A model generated the notes under the pieces. That model was given only the letters and a program-made list of their open reading frames with translations, was not told where the DNA came from and did no database searches. Shown in pieces: positions 48,414-59,100 of a stretch of DNA of 64,000 bases. The position numbers and the translations under genes are program-made. Source of the stretch: a virus; IMG/VR virus record IMGVR_UViG_3300023184_000082, positions 1 to 64,000 of that record, one strand, 5' to 3'. Every line of letters begins with the position of its first letter. Within the stretch, counting starts at the first letter, position 1.

Positions 48414-49078
48414 TGCCATACCCGACATTCTCTCCCAATGCATCTACCGTAAACATCCTGAATGATGTCAGCAGCAACAGTCTCGTTGTTCATGATATCA
48501 ATGAGGCGCAGAGACAGTATTTGATTTCTCGCGCCCCGTTTATCGTTCGTGATATTCTCCTTGCTAAAGACTATCCCCTGCGATTTGAGCTGCCCGGACG
48601 AACCTCGTTTGTTGTTGAGAAGCCTTATCGAAATCCTGCGTTGACAACAACCCTGACTGCGTCGATCTCCAACTATGGTGGCATTACCTTGTCTCCCACA
48701 ACACTGGAGGCCGGATCAGCCACAGCTCCTACCGTGAATGGGTATTCGACAACGTATCCGTATCGGTTTTTTTCAGCAGCACTGTCCGCGGGATTCGGCA
48801 GTGGTTTTACGATAAACTTGACTGCAATACCCGGCAATAGCGGCTCTTCGCTCAATGACTTCACTCTTGCGATTGGAGCAGCAGGAACTGGATGGGCTGT
48901 TGGAGATTTGATTGTTATCGGAGACCCATATTTCAACGGTGGGGTGTTGCGAGTTGCCGCTATTGCAACGGGTGTTGATACATTCATTGTCGTGAAGCCG
49001 GGAAAGGGCTATGCAGCAGGAGCGGCGCAAATTGGCGTACATGCCACGTATATCAGCCTGTCTGCGATGAGGGTATAA
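48413..49078 (+). CDS. Putative virion structural/decoration protein (~221 aa), Gly/Thr beta-rich
   Basis: TAATG overlap; GTGWAVGDLI and GKGY motifs. Confidence 0.65.
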   Translation: MPYPTFSPNASTVNILNDVSSNSLVVHDINEAQRQYLISRAPFIVRDILLAKDYPLRFELPGRTSFVVEKPYRNPALTTTLTASISNYGGITLSPTTLEAGSATAPTVNGYSTTYPYRFFSAALSAGFGSGFTINLTAIPGNSGSSLNDFTLAIGAAGTGWAVGDLIVIGDPYFNGGVLRVAAIATGVDTFIVVKPGKGYAAGAAQIGVHATYISLSAMRV

Positions 49079-49079
49079 G

Positions 49080-49742
49080 ATGTCCCTGCCCGAATTTGTA
49101 TTCCACTCCCGCGTAGTGGATTTCTACGAAAGGATACGGGCAGGCAAGAACCTGCAAAAGCTCGATGAGATATTTTTTTATCTCGATGAGAAGAGCCTGT
49201 CCATGACCAAGAAGTGGATCATGGACGAGCGGTTCCCGTGGACCATCGGCAAGGGGTGGTCTCTCCTCTCCCAAACCCCTCCGTTGGTTGCCATGACCAT
49301 GGACACGGATAATGATCGTCCCGGCGGACAGTTCCTCGGAGACGTGGCTGGGGAGCCATCCATTTCGTACGAGCCTGATGGCGTGACTCCGCAGTTCTAC
49401 TTTGAGACCAGTGGACGATTGAAGACGGCGACGTACAGGTTTTTCCTTGTCGCGCCAAATCCCGACATGATCTCTGTCATGTATGCCATGGTCCTTCGCG
49501 CATTGATGGAAGGTGAGCAGCCTCCCATTGACGAAACGCATATCATTCCCTATGAGCAGTATGGCATCGGGGAGTTGCACTATAGTGGATCGGACATCAG
49601 CCCGAATCAGAGTTTCCTGCCAAATGTGATGTTTGCGCGAAATTTGACCGTGAATTGCACCTATCTCTCCACATGGAGAGGGAGGTCTTTTGGGAAAAAC
49701 GGCTTTGTATCAAGCATAGATATAGAACAAAAAATACCGTAG
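49080..49742 (+). CDS. Putative tail terminator/completion protein (220 aa)
   Basis: Position before the sheath; C-terminal SGSDISP...FARNLTVNCTY pattern. Confidence 0.55.
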   Translation: MSLPEFVFHSRVVDFYERIRAGKNLQKLDEIFFYLDEKSLSMTKKWIMDERFPWTIGKGWSLLSQTPPLVAMTMDTDNDRPGGQFLGDVAGEPSISYEPDGVTPQFYFETSGRLKTATYRFFLVAPNPDMISVMYAMVLRALMEGEQPPIDETHIIPYEQYGIGELHYSGSDISPNQSFLPNVMFARNLTVNCTYLSTWRGRSFGKNGFVSSIDIEQKIP

Positions 49743-49762
49743 GATACATATGAGGTTGAAAA

Positions 49763-50083
49763 ATGGCCAGAACAAATAGATCTTCACCCAACGTTTCCGA
49801 AATTCCGGAAACTACCCCAAGCGATGCTCCTCTTCCTGAAGAAGTGATTGAGGATGCTTCACCCCCACCAGCACCGTTGCCGGAACAACCACACATGGAG
49901 TGGGAAGTTCCGGGCGAAATGGAGGATCTCACCAGCCTTGAGACATGGGGCAAGGATTGCAAGGCAATCAGCCCGGAACTCATTGGTGGATTCACCCATC
50001 ATGCCCGAGCGATTAACCTGCGGTATGACACCCCTTCCGGGTGGAAAGCCAAGGCAATTGCATGGTCAAGAAAGCCCGTATAA
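49763..50083 (+). CDS. Small hypothetical protein preceding the sheath (106 aa)
   Basis: GAGG SD; Pro/Glu-rich N-half. Confidence 0.7.
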   Translation: MARTNRSSPNVSEIPETTPSDAPLPEEVIEDASPPPAPLPEQPHMEWEVPGEMEDLTSLETWGKDCKAISPELIGGFTHHARAINLRYDTPSGWKAKAIAWSRKPV

Positions 50084-50122
50084 TAAAAAATATTGAGTAC
50101 TGAGTGATGATAGGAGGAAACA

Positions 50123-53100
50123 ATGTCTGTTGCTTTTAATGGTGTGGTGCTCGTTGCTCCAGGAGTCGCTTCGTATATTGACGATTCAGCCTCCAGTAGT
50201 TCCCCAACGACGACTGCAAATGCTATTGCGATCTTGGGAGAGTCCGAGCGTGGAGAGACTGGGCAGCCAGTAGTCTTCACGGACTCGTCTGCCGTTCGCG
50301 CGTATTATGGCACAAGCAGTGTCGATTTGCCGCTAATCTATGGCATCACAAGAGCCATGAATGCCGGTGCTTCCCGTGTGTATGGGCTGCGCGTTGGCAA
50401 TGCGACGAAGGCTTCGGTGTCCATCAAGTCCGGAAACCAGAATCTCATCAACATCCTGACGAAGGAGTGGGGGAACACTGGGAACGCATGGAATCTTGAA
50501 ATTACCACCAATGCGTCCGATCCCCTTGCAAAGGATATCAAGCTGACTTTGCACGATGGAAGAGTGTACAGGCAGACGAAGATCGGCAAGAATGTCGCGC
50601 AGATTGAATATTTCTCTCCAGTGTATTCCTTGGGCACAGGAACCATCTCGCCCAATGGTAGTATTAGTAACTCTTACGTATTGAGTGTGGCGGCGACACA
50701 GGGTGTTGAGGTGGGTTCAGTATTGTCTGCAACGGGAGCCGGTAGCGACAATGGGAGTTTCGGCTCGGGGAAATGTGTCGTTACGGCTGTGAACCCGCCC
50801 ACATGGCTCAGCGGTGCCTTTGTTCCAGGAACAATCACTTTCACAAGCACAGTAACAACGAATCCTGGCGCACCGCGCGGGGCTGTGTCAGGGATCATGG
50901 CGCAGAAGACCACAGCGAAGGATGCATCGGGCGGATACACGTTCCAGCCAGCTGTCGAGATTGCCGTGTTGAATGGGGTTGCCAACCTGAGGCTTTACAC
51001 ACCTGGAGAACCTACACCAGTAGCCATTCCGCTGCAACCCTACGACACATTGGCGAAGTTGACCGCTCGCGTCAATCAGTATTTCGTGGTCTCAAAGGCC
51101 GGTCAGGCAGCAATTCCACAGGTTGTCGGTTCCGCGTATGGATCTCCATTGAGTGCCAACCTTCAACGATTAGGAGTGACAGAGGATTCCGGATCAGTGG
51201 TATTTGGAATTACTGACAGTGGGGGTGGGAATCGCTCTTCCGTCAGCGTTCCCTATACAAAGACGATGCTGCTTTCAGAATTCCGCAATGCAATGCAGGA
51301 CAGCTTGAGAGCAGTGAATAACAATGGGCTCGTTGGTCCAGATAGTCTTGTTAGCGCAACGGTCGACTATCTGCAGAGGGCAGGCACTGCCAGCGGGAAG
51401 TCTGGCCCGTCAAACGTCACCACTCCGGGCACGGCAATTATCACCACGGCTTCTGACGGTGCAATCACTGGCGCATCTGTGAGTAGTACAGGATGGGAGA
51501 CAGATGACCTTGCAACGCTTACTCAGGGCACAAGTACTGCAACCATCAAGTACAGCGGAACAGCTTGGTCGGTCATTTCGGGCGGTACCGGGTTCAAGAG
51601 GGGAACGCCGGTTAATTTTACCGGAAGTGTTTCGGGCGGCACATTGTCCTCTCCCGTTGTTACAGTCGGAGGAGGAGGATCGAATCATAGAGTCGGCGAT
51701 GTCCTGTCAACAACAACAGGAACAAATCCTGCTACCGTAACCGTTGCTTCAGTGAAGGTTCTCGAAAAGACAAGTCTTACCGGCACTACAATTGACAAAG
51801 AATCTAATGGCGCCACGCCACCAACATACACGTATACGTTCACGGGCGGCACCTTGGCTCCAGCCGATCTTGCCAACGTGGCGACGGGCGATTCTGTTAG
51901 CGTTAGTATTGGCGGAACTTCCCTCGTGAACGCAGTGGTATTCAGCGTAACAGGGCCCACCGCGGATCCTCCTGCTACGTTCTCACTCAGGTCGTCGACC
52001 AGCGCCACCACTCTTACAGCATCAACCATCACAATCACATCAACCAGAACGAGCGTTCTCGGTGCAGCTGCCACATTGAATATGACCGCTCAAGGCACCG
52101 GACTGACGGGAACCTCTTTCGCGACGGTTGATTATTCCTCTATCCCATTGGTACCGGTCAAGCCAGTCCTGAAGATTTCTACCGGTTCTGCAGCCAAGTT
52201 TTATAGTCTGGCAGCCGATGCAAACAGCACCATTCTTAACGCAATTGGACTCGCCGGTCAATCAAGTCTTAGTTTGTCCTCGATTACCGGAGTATCCTTT
52301 GATACGCCGCTGATTACCTTCCGGGCCATGATTCCTGCGGTAAGTTCGTATGGGTGGAAGTTCGGCATCGCTCCGGGCATGGCTGACGGCACACTTTCGA
52401 GTTCCAAGCTTGACATGTGTCCGAAGACTAATGTCTACACGACGGCTGCCATGCAAGAAGATCCCAATCTCGGCAAGACCTACTTCTCGGCAAATACCAA
52501 CGCGCTCGTCGATGCCCTCAATGGGAGCATCTTTGGCGCCTTGATTGAGGCAACCAAGGTCTATAGCTCGTCGCGAATTGACAATGGAGTCTATGCTTTT
52601 GGCGGCGCAATTGAAACTCCTGTTGAGCCTTCCCATTGGGACGAGGCGTTGGCAAAGTTGCAGCAGCTTGAGGATCTGGAAATCATTGTCCCCATGACAC
52701 CAAATGCCTCCATCCAGAGTGCAACACTTGCCCATTGCCTGAGCATGTCGGGTCCACTTGGGAAGCGTGAAAGATTTGCAGTGTTTGGTGGGGGATTGGG
52801 GCAGAGTACTGCTGATGTCAGCACCCTCGCTTCCCAGTTCAATGACAAGCGAGCAGTGCTGGTGTGGCCGGGAGTCAAGGATTATGACGAATCCGGAAAC
52901 GTCATCACATGGGCTCCGTATTTTGCGGCAGCCACCATTGCAGGACAGCTTGCTGCACAGGCAGACATCGCCGAGCCACTCACCAACAAGAGCGTGAGTG
53001 TCCGTGGATTGGAGACCATTCCGAGACTCAATGACATCGACGCGCTGATCAACGCTGGAGTACTGGTTATCCGGTACGATTCCAATCGCGGATACAGTGT

Positions 53101-53437
53101 TGCGCAGTCCTTGACGACATGGAGTGGAGATACCCGCTATGTTCGACGTGAAATCTCGACCATGCGCAGTGCGGATACGGTGATGCGAAGGGTTCGCGCT
53201 TCAATTGCAAACATCGTTGGATCGAAGCTTACTCCAGATCTTCTCAACACGATCAGGGCCAGAATCACTACCCAGCTCCAGCTTGCCGAGAACGGCCAGA
53301 TCATCGTTGGTAGTGGACAGTTCCCTGCATTCAAGGACATTCTCGTCCGTGCCGTTGGGGATGCGATCTATGCGGAATTCTCAATCAGTCCTGCAATTCC
53401 AGCCAATTATCTCCTGATCACTGCGCATATCATGTAA
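50123..53437 (+). CDS. Contractile tail sheath protein (1104 aa) with large internal insertion
   Basis: AGGAGG SD; PGVASYID, AILGESERG, KRERFAVFGG, AATIAG, EPLTNK, REIS, C-terminal PAIPANYLLIT. Confidence 0.92.
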   Translation: MSVAFNGVVLVAPGVASYIDDSASSSSPTTTANAIAILGESERGETGQPVVFTDSSAVRAYYGTSSVDLPLIYGITRAMNAGASRVYGLRVGNATKASVSIKSGNQNLINILTKEWGNTGNAWNLEITTNASDPLAKDIKLTLHDGRVYRQTKIGKNVAQIEYFSPVYSLGTGTISPNGSISNSYVLSVAATQGVEVGSVLSATGAGSDNGSFGSGKCVVTAVNPPTWLSGAFVPGTITFTSTVTTNPGAPRGAVSGIMAQKTTAKDASGGYTFQPAVEIAVLNGVANLRLYTPGEPTPVAIPLQPYDTLAKLTARVNQYFVVSKAGQAAIPQVVGSAYGSPLSANLQRLGVTEDSGSVVFGITDSGGGNRSSVSVPYTKTMLLSEFRNAMQDSLRAVNNNGLVGPDSLVSATVDYLQRAGTASGKSGPSNVTTPGTAIITTASDGAITGASVSSTGWETDDLATLTQGTSTATIKYSGTAWSVISGGTGFKRGTPVNFTGSVSGGTLSSPVVTVGGGGSNHRVGDVLSTTTGTNPATVTVASVKVLEKTSLTGTTIDKESNGATPPTYTYTFTGGTLAPADLANVATGDSVSVSIGGTSLVNAVVFSVTGPTADPPATFSLRSSTSATTLTASTITITSTRTSVLGAAATLNMTAQGTGLTGTSFATVDYSSIPLVPVKPVLKISTGSAAKFYSLAADANSTILNAIGLAGQSSLSLSSITGVSFDTPLITFRAMIPAVSSYGWKFGIAPGMADGTLSSSKLDMCPKTNVYTTAAMQEDPNLGKTYFSANTNALVDALNGSIFGALIEATKVYSSSRIDNGVYAFGGAIETPVEPSHWDEALAKLQQLEDLEIIVPMTPNASIQSATLAHCLSMSGPLGKRERFAVFGGGLGQSTADVSTLASQFNDKRAVLVWPGVKDYDESGNVITWAPYFAAATIAGQLAAQADIAEPLTNKSVSVRGLETIPRLNDIDALINAGVLVIRYDSNRGYSVAQSLTTWSGDTRYVRREISTMRSADTVMRRVRASIANIVGSKLTPDLLNTIRARITTQLQLAENGQIIVGSGQFPAFKDILVRAVGDAIYAEFSISPAIPANYLLITAHIM

Positions 53438-53447
53438 AGGATCTGTA

Positions 53448-54119
53448 ATGAGTGCAAAGCTCTGGAAAACTGGTGTACGGACAGGGGGAAAAGTCCTGCT
53501 TCGTCTAGATAACAAGGTGATTGCCTTTGCGCAGTCAGCAAGATTTCGAGATGACTATGGCCTTGAACCTGTCCAGATCATCGGTCAACTGCAAGCAATT
53601 GAATATGTCCCCACACACGCAAGACATGAGATCACGATTACCATGCTGGTGGTTCGCAACACCAGCTTGGTAGCGATGGGGCTGGAGCCCGGATCGGCAG
53701 GCAGCTTCGGGTTGCTGGAATCAGCGACGGATCAAGTCGGATCCGGAGTGGTGCCAGCCTCGCCAGCACGTCAAGGCACTGATGGCGTTGCCGGTTCCGG
53801 TCAGGGAACGTGGGATCAGAGCATCAATAATCCAGATATCCCTGCATATGGATCGATGACTTGGTATCGCGTTCTTCACCAGAAGGTGTTTGACATTGAA
53901 GTGGTAGATATGGAATTTCTTGAGCCAGAAGATGCCGCTCCTGTAGATCCAAACAAAATATTCACAGGAAATGTGCTGCTGAAATATCTCAATTGTTTCT
54001 TCGCTGGTGGAGAAGTATCGGTGGAATCCAACCGCGTCCTGATGCATAGCGCAACATTCTACGCGCAGGATAAGGATGGTAACTACGGGTTGCATTCACG
54101 GCCATCACCGCGTACGTAA
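53448..54119 (+). CDS. Tail tube protein, copy 1 (223 aa)
   Basis: Follows the sheath; TGGKVLLRLDNKVIAFAQS...DDYGLEPV...IG...EYVP. Confidence 0.85.
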   Translation: MSAKLWKTGVRTGGKVLLRLDNKVIAFAQSARFRDDYGLEPVQIIGQLQAIEYVPTHARHEITITMLVVRNTSLVAMGLEPGSAGSFGLLESATDQVGSGVVPASPARQGTDGVAGSGQGTWDQSINNPDIPAYGSMTWYRVLHQKVFDIEVVDMEFLEPEDAAPVDPNKIFTGNVLLKYLNCFFAGGEVSVESNRVLMHSATFYAQDKDGNYGLHSRPSPRT

Positions 54120-54153
54120 TAATACGTGTCAATTTAGGAAAAGGAGAACTATC

Positions 54154-54825
54154 ATGGCAAAGATTTGGGACACAGGGGTACGGACAGGAGGTAAAGTCCT
54201 CCTCAAGATGGACAACAAGGTGATTGGTTTTGCACAGTCCGCAAGATTCCGTGATGATTACGGACTTGAGCCGGTGCATATCGTCGGACAGCTGCAGACC
54301 ATTGAGTATGTACCAATGCATGCTCGACACGAAATCCAGATGTCAGTCCTCGTTGTTCGCAATACCAGCTTGGCGGCGATGGGACTGGAGCCGGGTTCGG
54401 CTGGAAGTTTTGGATTGATCCCAACGACTGATGCCGCGCAATTGGGCGGCGGAGGATCCATCGTTGGGGCAAATCCTTCCAAAAAAGGAACTGACAACTC
54501 TTGGAATAAGATACTCGCAAATGCGGATATCACTTCTACTTCAGATGGTGCTGCTCCATACCGTGTGCTGGCGCAAAAGGTTTTCAACATTGAAGTAGTT
54601 GATGCCCAGTACACTGCGGAACAAGCCGCATTGGACAACTTTGATGGGAGTATCATTTGCCGGTATCTGAATTGCTTCTTCGCTGGTGGAGACCTTTCGG
54701 TTGATGCCAACCGTGTCCTTATGCACAATGTCACATTCTATGCACAAGACAAGGACGGAAGATTCGGACTCAATGGGAACAATAAGATTGCCGCCACTGG
54801 AGGAAATATTCCAAGCAATCAATAA
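54154..54825 (+). CDS. Tail tube protein, copy 2 (223 aa)
   Basis: AAGGAG SD before ATG 54154; clear paralogue of copy 1. Confidence 0.85.
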   Translation: MAKIWDTGVRTGGKVLLKMDNKVIGFAQSARFRDDYGLEPVHIVGQLQTIEYVPMHARHEIQMSVLVVRNTSLAAMGLEPGSAGSFGLIPTTDAAQLGGGGSIVGANPSKKGTDNSWNKILANADITSTSDGAAPYRVLAQKVFNIEVVDAQYTAEQAALDNFDGSIICRYLNCFFAGGDLSVDANRVLMHNVTFYAQDKDGRFGLNGNNKIAATGGNIPSNQ

Positions 54826-54844
54826 TCTCTTTCATGCGCATTTT

Positions 54845-54892
54845 GTATACCACGGTTTTCGACTGACAAAGAAAACTGTGGTATACTTTTTT
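54845..54892 (+). terminator. Rho-independent terminator-like hairpin overlapping a TGGTATACT extended -10
   Basis: GTATACCACGGTTTTC/GAAAACTGTGGTATAC 16-bp stem (one G-U), 10-nt loop, then T6. Confidence 0.7.
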
Positions 54893-54914
54893 CAAACACC
54901 TAAAGGGAGATCCC

Positions 54915-55352
54915 ATGAATAACGAAGAATCACCGCTCACACCAGACCCGGTGGCGACAATCGCCCAGATTGCAGCGAAGGCAACCGAACCGGCGCGACC
55001 CCTCTTTGGCGTGGATACCAAGACGTATGACCCCAACAAGCCGCATGAAATCAACGGGTCCGCTGGAACAATCGGCGTGGTGCGCGGACACATGAACTTG
55101 CAGCGATTGGCCGGGAAAGCCGTAGCCGTTGCCCTGCAGGGTCTCACGGTAGACAATCGCACGTATGAGATGACGTACATGAGCATCATGCTGCAGTTTG
55201 TCACGCAATCGCCAGGGTATTTGCCTTCCTATGCCAATGGGAACATTGACAAGTTCATTGAGAATATCTATGAGTTTGAAGATCTTGCGTATTACTTCAA
55301 CGAATGGGAGTCCTGGCGAAACTCGTTTCGTGTATCCGGACCCTCAAACTGA
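54915..55352 (+). CDS. Tail assembly chaperone (145 aa)
   Basis: Between tube and tape measure; GGGAG SD; ends ...WRNSFR. Confidence 0.75.
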   Translation: MNNEESPLTPDPVATIAQIAAKATEPARPLFGVDTKTYDPNKPHEINGSAGTIGVVRGHMNLQRLAGKAVAVALQGLTVDNRTYEMTYMSIMLQFVTQSPGYLPSYANGNIDKFIENIYEFEDLAYYFNEWESWRNSFRVSGPSN

Positions 55353-56022
55353 CAGGAAAATTCGGCGTGACGCTCTCAGTGGCGTCTATGAGTCCGACAT
55401 GCTGGAGTGGTACAGGCAGCAATATAATCTCCCATTGGATGATGAAAAGTTCCTGCGCGTAACGCCAGAGGCTGCATCACTCGATTATTATCGGCGCCAA
55501 TTTTATTGGGAAGTACAATACGGTGTGCGCAAATGGGGATCGTTCGATCCGAAGTTGCAGATGCCTCCGTTGCCCATGCTCAAACCCTTTGGCGGGATCC
55601 TTCCGGTTCCCAATGGGTATGGCTATACGGATGATGACACGATTGATAATTCCCAGCTTCAAAAACAAGCTGCCGAGCGTGAGCGATCTCGTCCTCCGTC
55701 CTATCGTTCGGAGCGCCCTTCCCCCGCGCCTTCGTCTTCACGTCCGGAGAGGGAGGAGCCTGAGAGGACGCGTCCGACTGGTCCTTCGGAATATCTGGAG
55801 GAATCACCAAATTTGCCACCGCATCTGAAACATGAGATTGTAAAAACCGGATCCAACATGGTGAAAACCGAGGATGCGGAATATGGAATGTCAGATGAAG
55901 AGTTCTGGAAATTCGTGGAGATTGTTGAAAAGATGGATGCAGCCATTGCCTTGGCTGCCAACAAGGGAGAGGAATGGGAAGTGGTTGAATCCCTTCGTCC
56001 TTCATCCAATAAAGATGAATAA
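55330..56022 (+). CDS. Tail assembly chaperone C-terminal part (+1 frame; probable frameshift extension)
   Basis: Overlapping +1 ORF with no good SD/start; WYRQQYNLPLDDEKFL motif; TCG TTT CGT at 55323-55331. Confidence 0.65.
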   Translation: MYPDPQTDRKIRRDALSGVYESDMLEWYRQQYNLPLDDEKFLRVTPEAASLDYYRRQFYWEVQYGVRKWGSFDPKLQMPPLPMLKPFGGILPVPNGYGYTDDDTIDNSQLQKQAAERERSRPPSYRSERPSPAPSSSRPEREEPERTRPTGPSEYLEESPNLPPHLKHEIVKTGSNMVKTEDAEYGMSDEEFWKFVEIVEKMDAAIALAANKGEEWEVVESLRPSSNKDE

Positions 56023-56115
56023 TCTTCTTTCTTTGCATACCCTTTCTTGAGCATTTATCAAAACAACAAAGATGTTATCATAAGAATAGAGAGTAATGCT
56101 GAGGAATAACGAACA

Positions 56116-59100
56116 ATGAGTTGGCAGAGTCTACTTGCTACACAGGCTTTTAGAGGAGCAGGCAAGGTTACCGGTGGGGTTATGGAGCAACTTGCTGCGT
56201 CCCAAGGCGTTGCTCCAAGCCAGTTGGCTGCACAAGCACGTGAAGGCGCAACCGGAGCTCGGCAGCAAGACTACGATATTGGCCAATTTTCACGACAGAT
56301 CAAGGATATCGGCGGATCTCTGGAACAGCTGAACCGCTCATTCATCAATGCGGCAAAGGGTCTGGCTACAACTACTCAAGAAAACCTTACCATGATGAAG
56401 ATTGCCATGCGGAATGCTGGCAGTGATCCCAATTCGACCTTCAATGCAGCACGTGCGACACAAAGCACAATGGCCACCGCGTTTTATGGGGGCATGAACC
56501 GCGGACAATACATGCAGAATATCGATGCGCTGTCAACGTCCGGTGCGCTGGGAATTGGAAACAGGGGAACGTCAGGCGCGGGGATGTCCATTCAGGGCTA
56601 TAACCAGTCATTCACGTCAGCTGGTGGTGCGTCCGGAGGGTTCGGGACACGGGTTGATCAGTACGGAATGGCGTCAGCAGCCATGATGAATTCAATGGCC
56701 CAGCGTGGGGCGATGGGTATCAATGGCCGGGAAATCAATACGACGCTAGGGGCAGTCAACATGGCCGCCCAACGAACTGGCAATGCCATGCTGCATTCAG
56801 TTGCTCCCGGGGCATATGCCCAGCTGGAACAATCAGCCATGTCGGGAATGGCGCAATCGAATCCCGCAATGATGGCTGCGTATTCACTTGCCCGTCCGGG
56901 ACTGGTGAACCAGAACGCTACCGATCTTGCGCGAGCCCAAGAAGAGGTAAAGAGCCTCAAAGACCGATTAAGCAAGACAACGGATCAGGGTCAAAAGGAC
57001 AAGCTGACTGATTCTCTCTCCGTCCAGCAGGATCAGGTCTTGAAATTGACAGAACGGGGCAATATCCTTAATTCCAAGAGTGCGGGACCAATGGGTGCTC
57101 AGGCGGTCATGGAGAGTGGCAATCAATCGGCACAAGGCCAGATGGTTGTGGCAGCCTTGCAAAGCCGGATGAAAGGTCAGGATATCTACGCAGATACCAA
57201 TCGTTCCCTTATTGCGCGACAGCAAGTAGGGGCAATGTTTGGCATGTCGCAGATGCAGGTAAGCGCCATCGCATTGACGGAACGTGAGCGTCCAAAGGTG
57301 GAGGAGGCGCAAAGACAGGCAGACGAGTACAAGAAAACTGCATTTGACCGGACAGGAACCAGGAGAACCAGAGAAGATGTCGAGGCTGCAACCTATAGGG
57401 AAATGGAATCGGCTCAAGTCGATGGATCTAGAGTGCAGGGATATGCAAGGCAAGCGGGTGGAAATCAACAGAAACTTCATGAATTGATTCGGGGCGACGC
57501 AGATTTTGACGAGAAATCGTATTTTGACGCACAAAATTTGGCCACACGGGGAGGGTCCGAAGCCCAAGTTGCTGCAGCCCTTGGGACAAAAAACATGGCT
57601 ATGTTTGGCGGTGACGCATCTGCCGCATACAAACAGGTCAACTTGCGGGAGAACACAGCGAACCAAGTTCGGGCAGAAGGTGGTGGAAAAATCCTGGGTC
57701 TGGAATGGGGCAAGCAAGGCCCAGCGCGTTCGGATCGTGCGCAGGAAAACCTTGAAGCCATGTGGAGTCCTGTCATCGACAAGTCGTTTGCCCCCGGCGC
57801 TACCGTCGGTAGTGTTCGCAAGGAAGCTCTTGCGGCCGCGACACAAAGCGGCCAGTCACAAACATGGAAAAACGCATTGGACGATCAGCTTCGGGCAATA
57901 GAAAAGGACAGCTCGCTTACTACTGACACGCAAAGGTTGGACAGAGCGAGAGAGGTCATCAAGACGGGAACCGGGAAAGGTTTCACCAACGCGATAGTCG
58001 CTTCCGGTGAGCGGGACTATGGTGGCTACGGGGCTACAATGCGTCATGAACAATACAAGGCATCAGAAGACGCGACAAATCCCTTGCAAAAATCACAGGA
58101 ATCCGCTGTGGAGCTGGACAACAGTTTCAAGATCTTGGGAAGAAGTGCAAACGAAGCTGCCTTGTATTTGGGAAATCTTCGAGGAATGGTCGCCGGAGCA
58201 AACAATCGGCTTGGGCCACAAGGAGGATCACCAAGAGCGTTTGGTGGAAGCGTTTTCGGCGGTCTCACCAACATCGTTGGTGAGCGAGGATCCGAGGTAT
58301 TCGTTCCAAAGACCGATGGGACTATCATCAGCAACAAGGACATGCATGAAGGCATCGCGTCAAAATTCACATCCTCGCTTGCATCCATCAATCAAGCATT
58401 CACCAATGCCGTGCGCACGACAAGGACTGGCGGTTCATCGGGTGGTGGAGCAGGCGGGGCAACTGGCGGAGGTGGTGATTCGGTAAATGTCGGTGGGGAC
58501 GGGGATTATTTCGGGAAAGTAGCGGCGACATTCGAGTCGGGCGGCGATCCGGGGGCGGTATCTTCCGGCAAGGGGGATGCCGGTGGCAAAAGTTTCGGGG
58601 CTTTCCAGCTCTCCAGCAAGACCGGGTCGCTTCAGGCATTCCTGAACAAGACTGGATACGGAAAACAGTTCGAGGGAATGGACCTCAAGAATCCCGGCAA
58701 GGAAGTCGAGGCCAAGTGGAAGCAGCTCGCTTCTGATCCCGAGTTCATCAAGGCGCAATCCCAATATGCCAAGGAGAAATATTTTGATCCCCACATGGCA
58801 ATGCTCAAGAAGAACGGCATTGACCTTTCGGGCAAGGGTCGGGCGGTGGACGAGCTGGTTCTCAGTACGGCCAACCAGTATGGTGCCAACTCTTCAGTCC
58901 TGATGAATGCCTTCAAGGGCAAGAACGTCTCTCAAATGGAGCCCGAAGAGATCATCCGCCTAGCACAGGAATACAAGGCCGGATCAACGGGATCATACTT
59001 CGCCAGCAGCAGCGAAGCAGTACGCGCTGGGGTAAGAAACCGCATTGCCAAGGAACAGCAGATGTTGCTTGGCATGACAAAACGCGCGGAAGGAGGGGCC

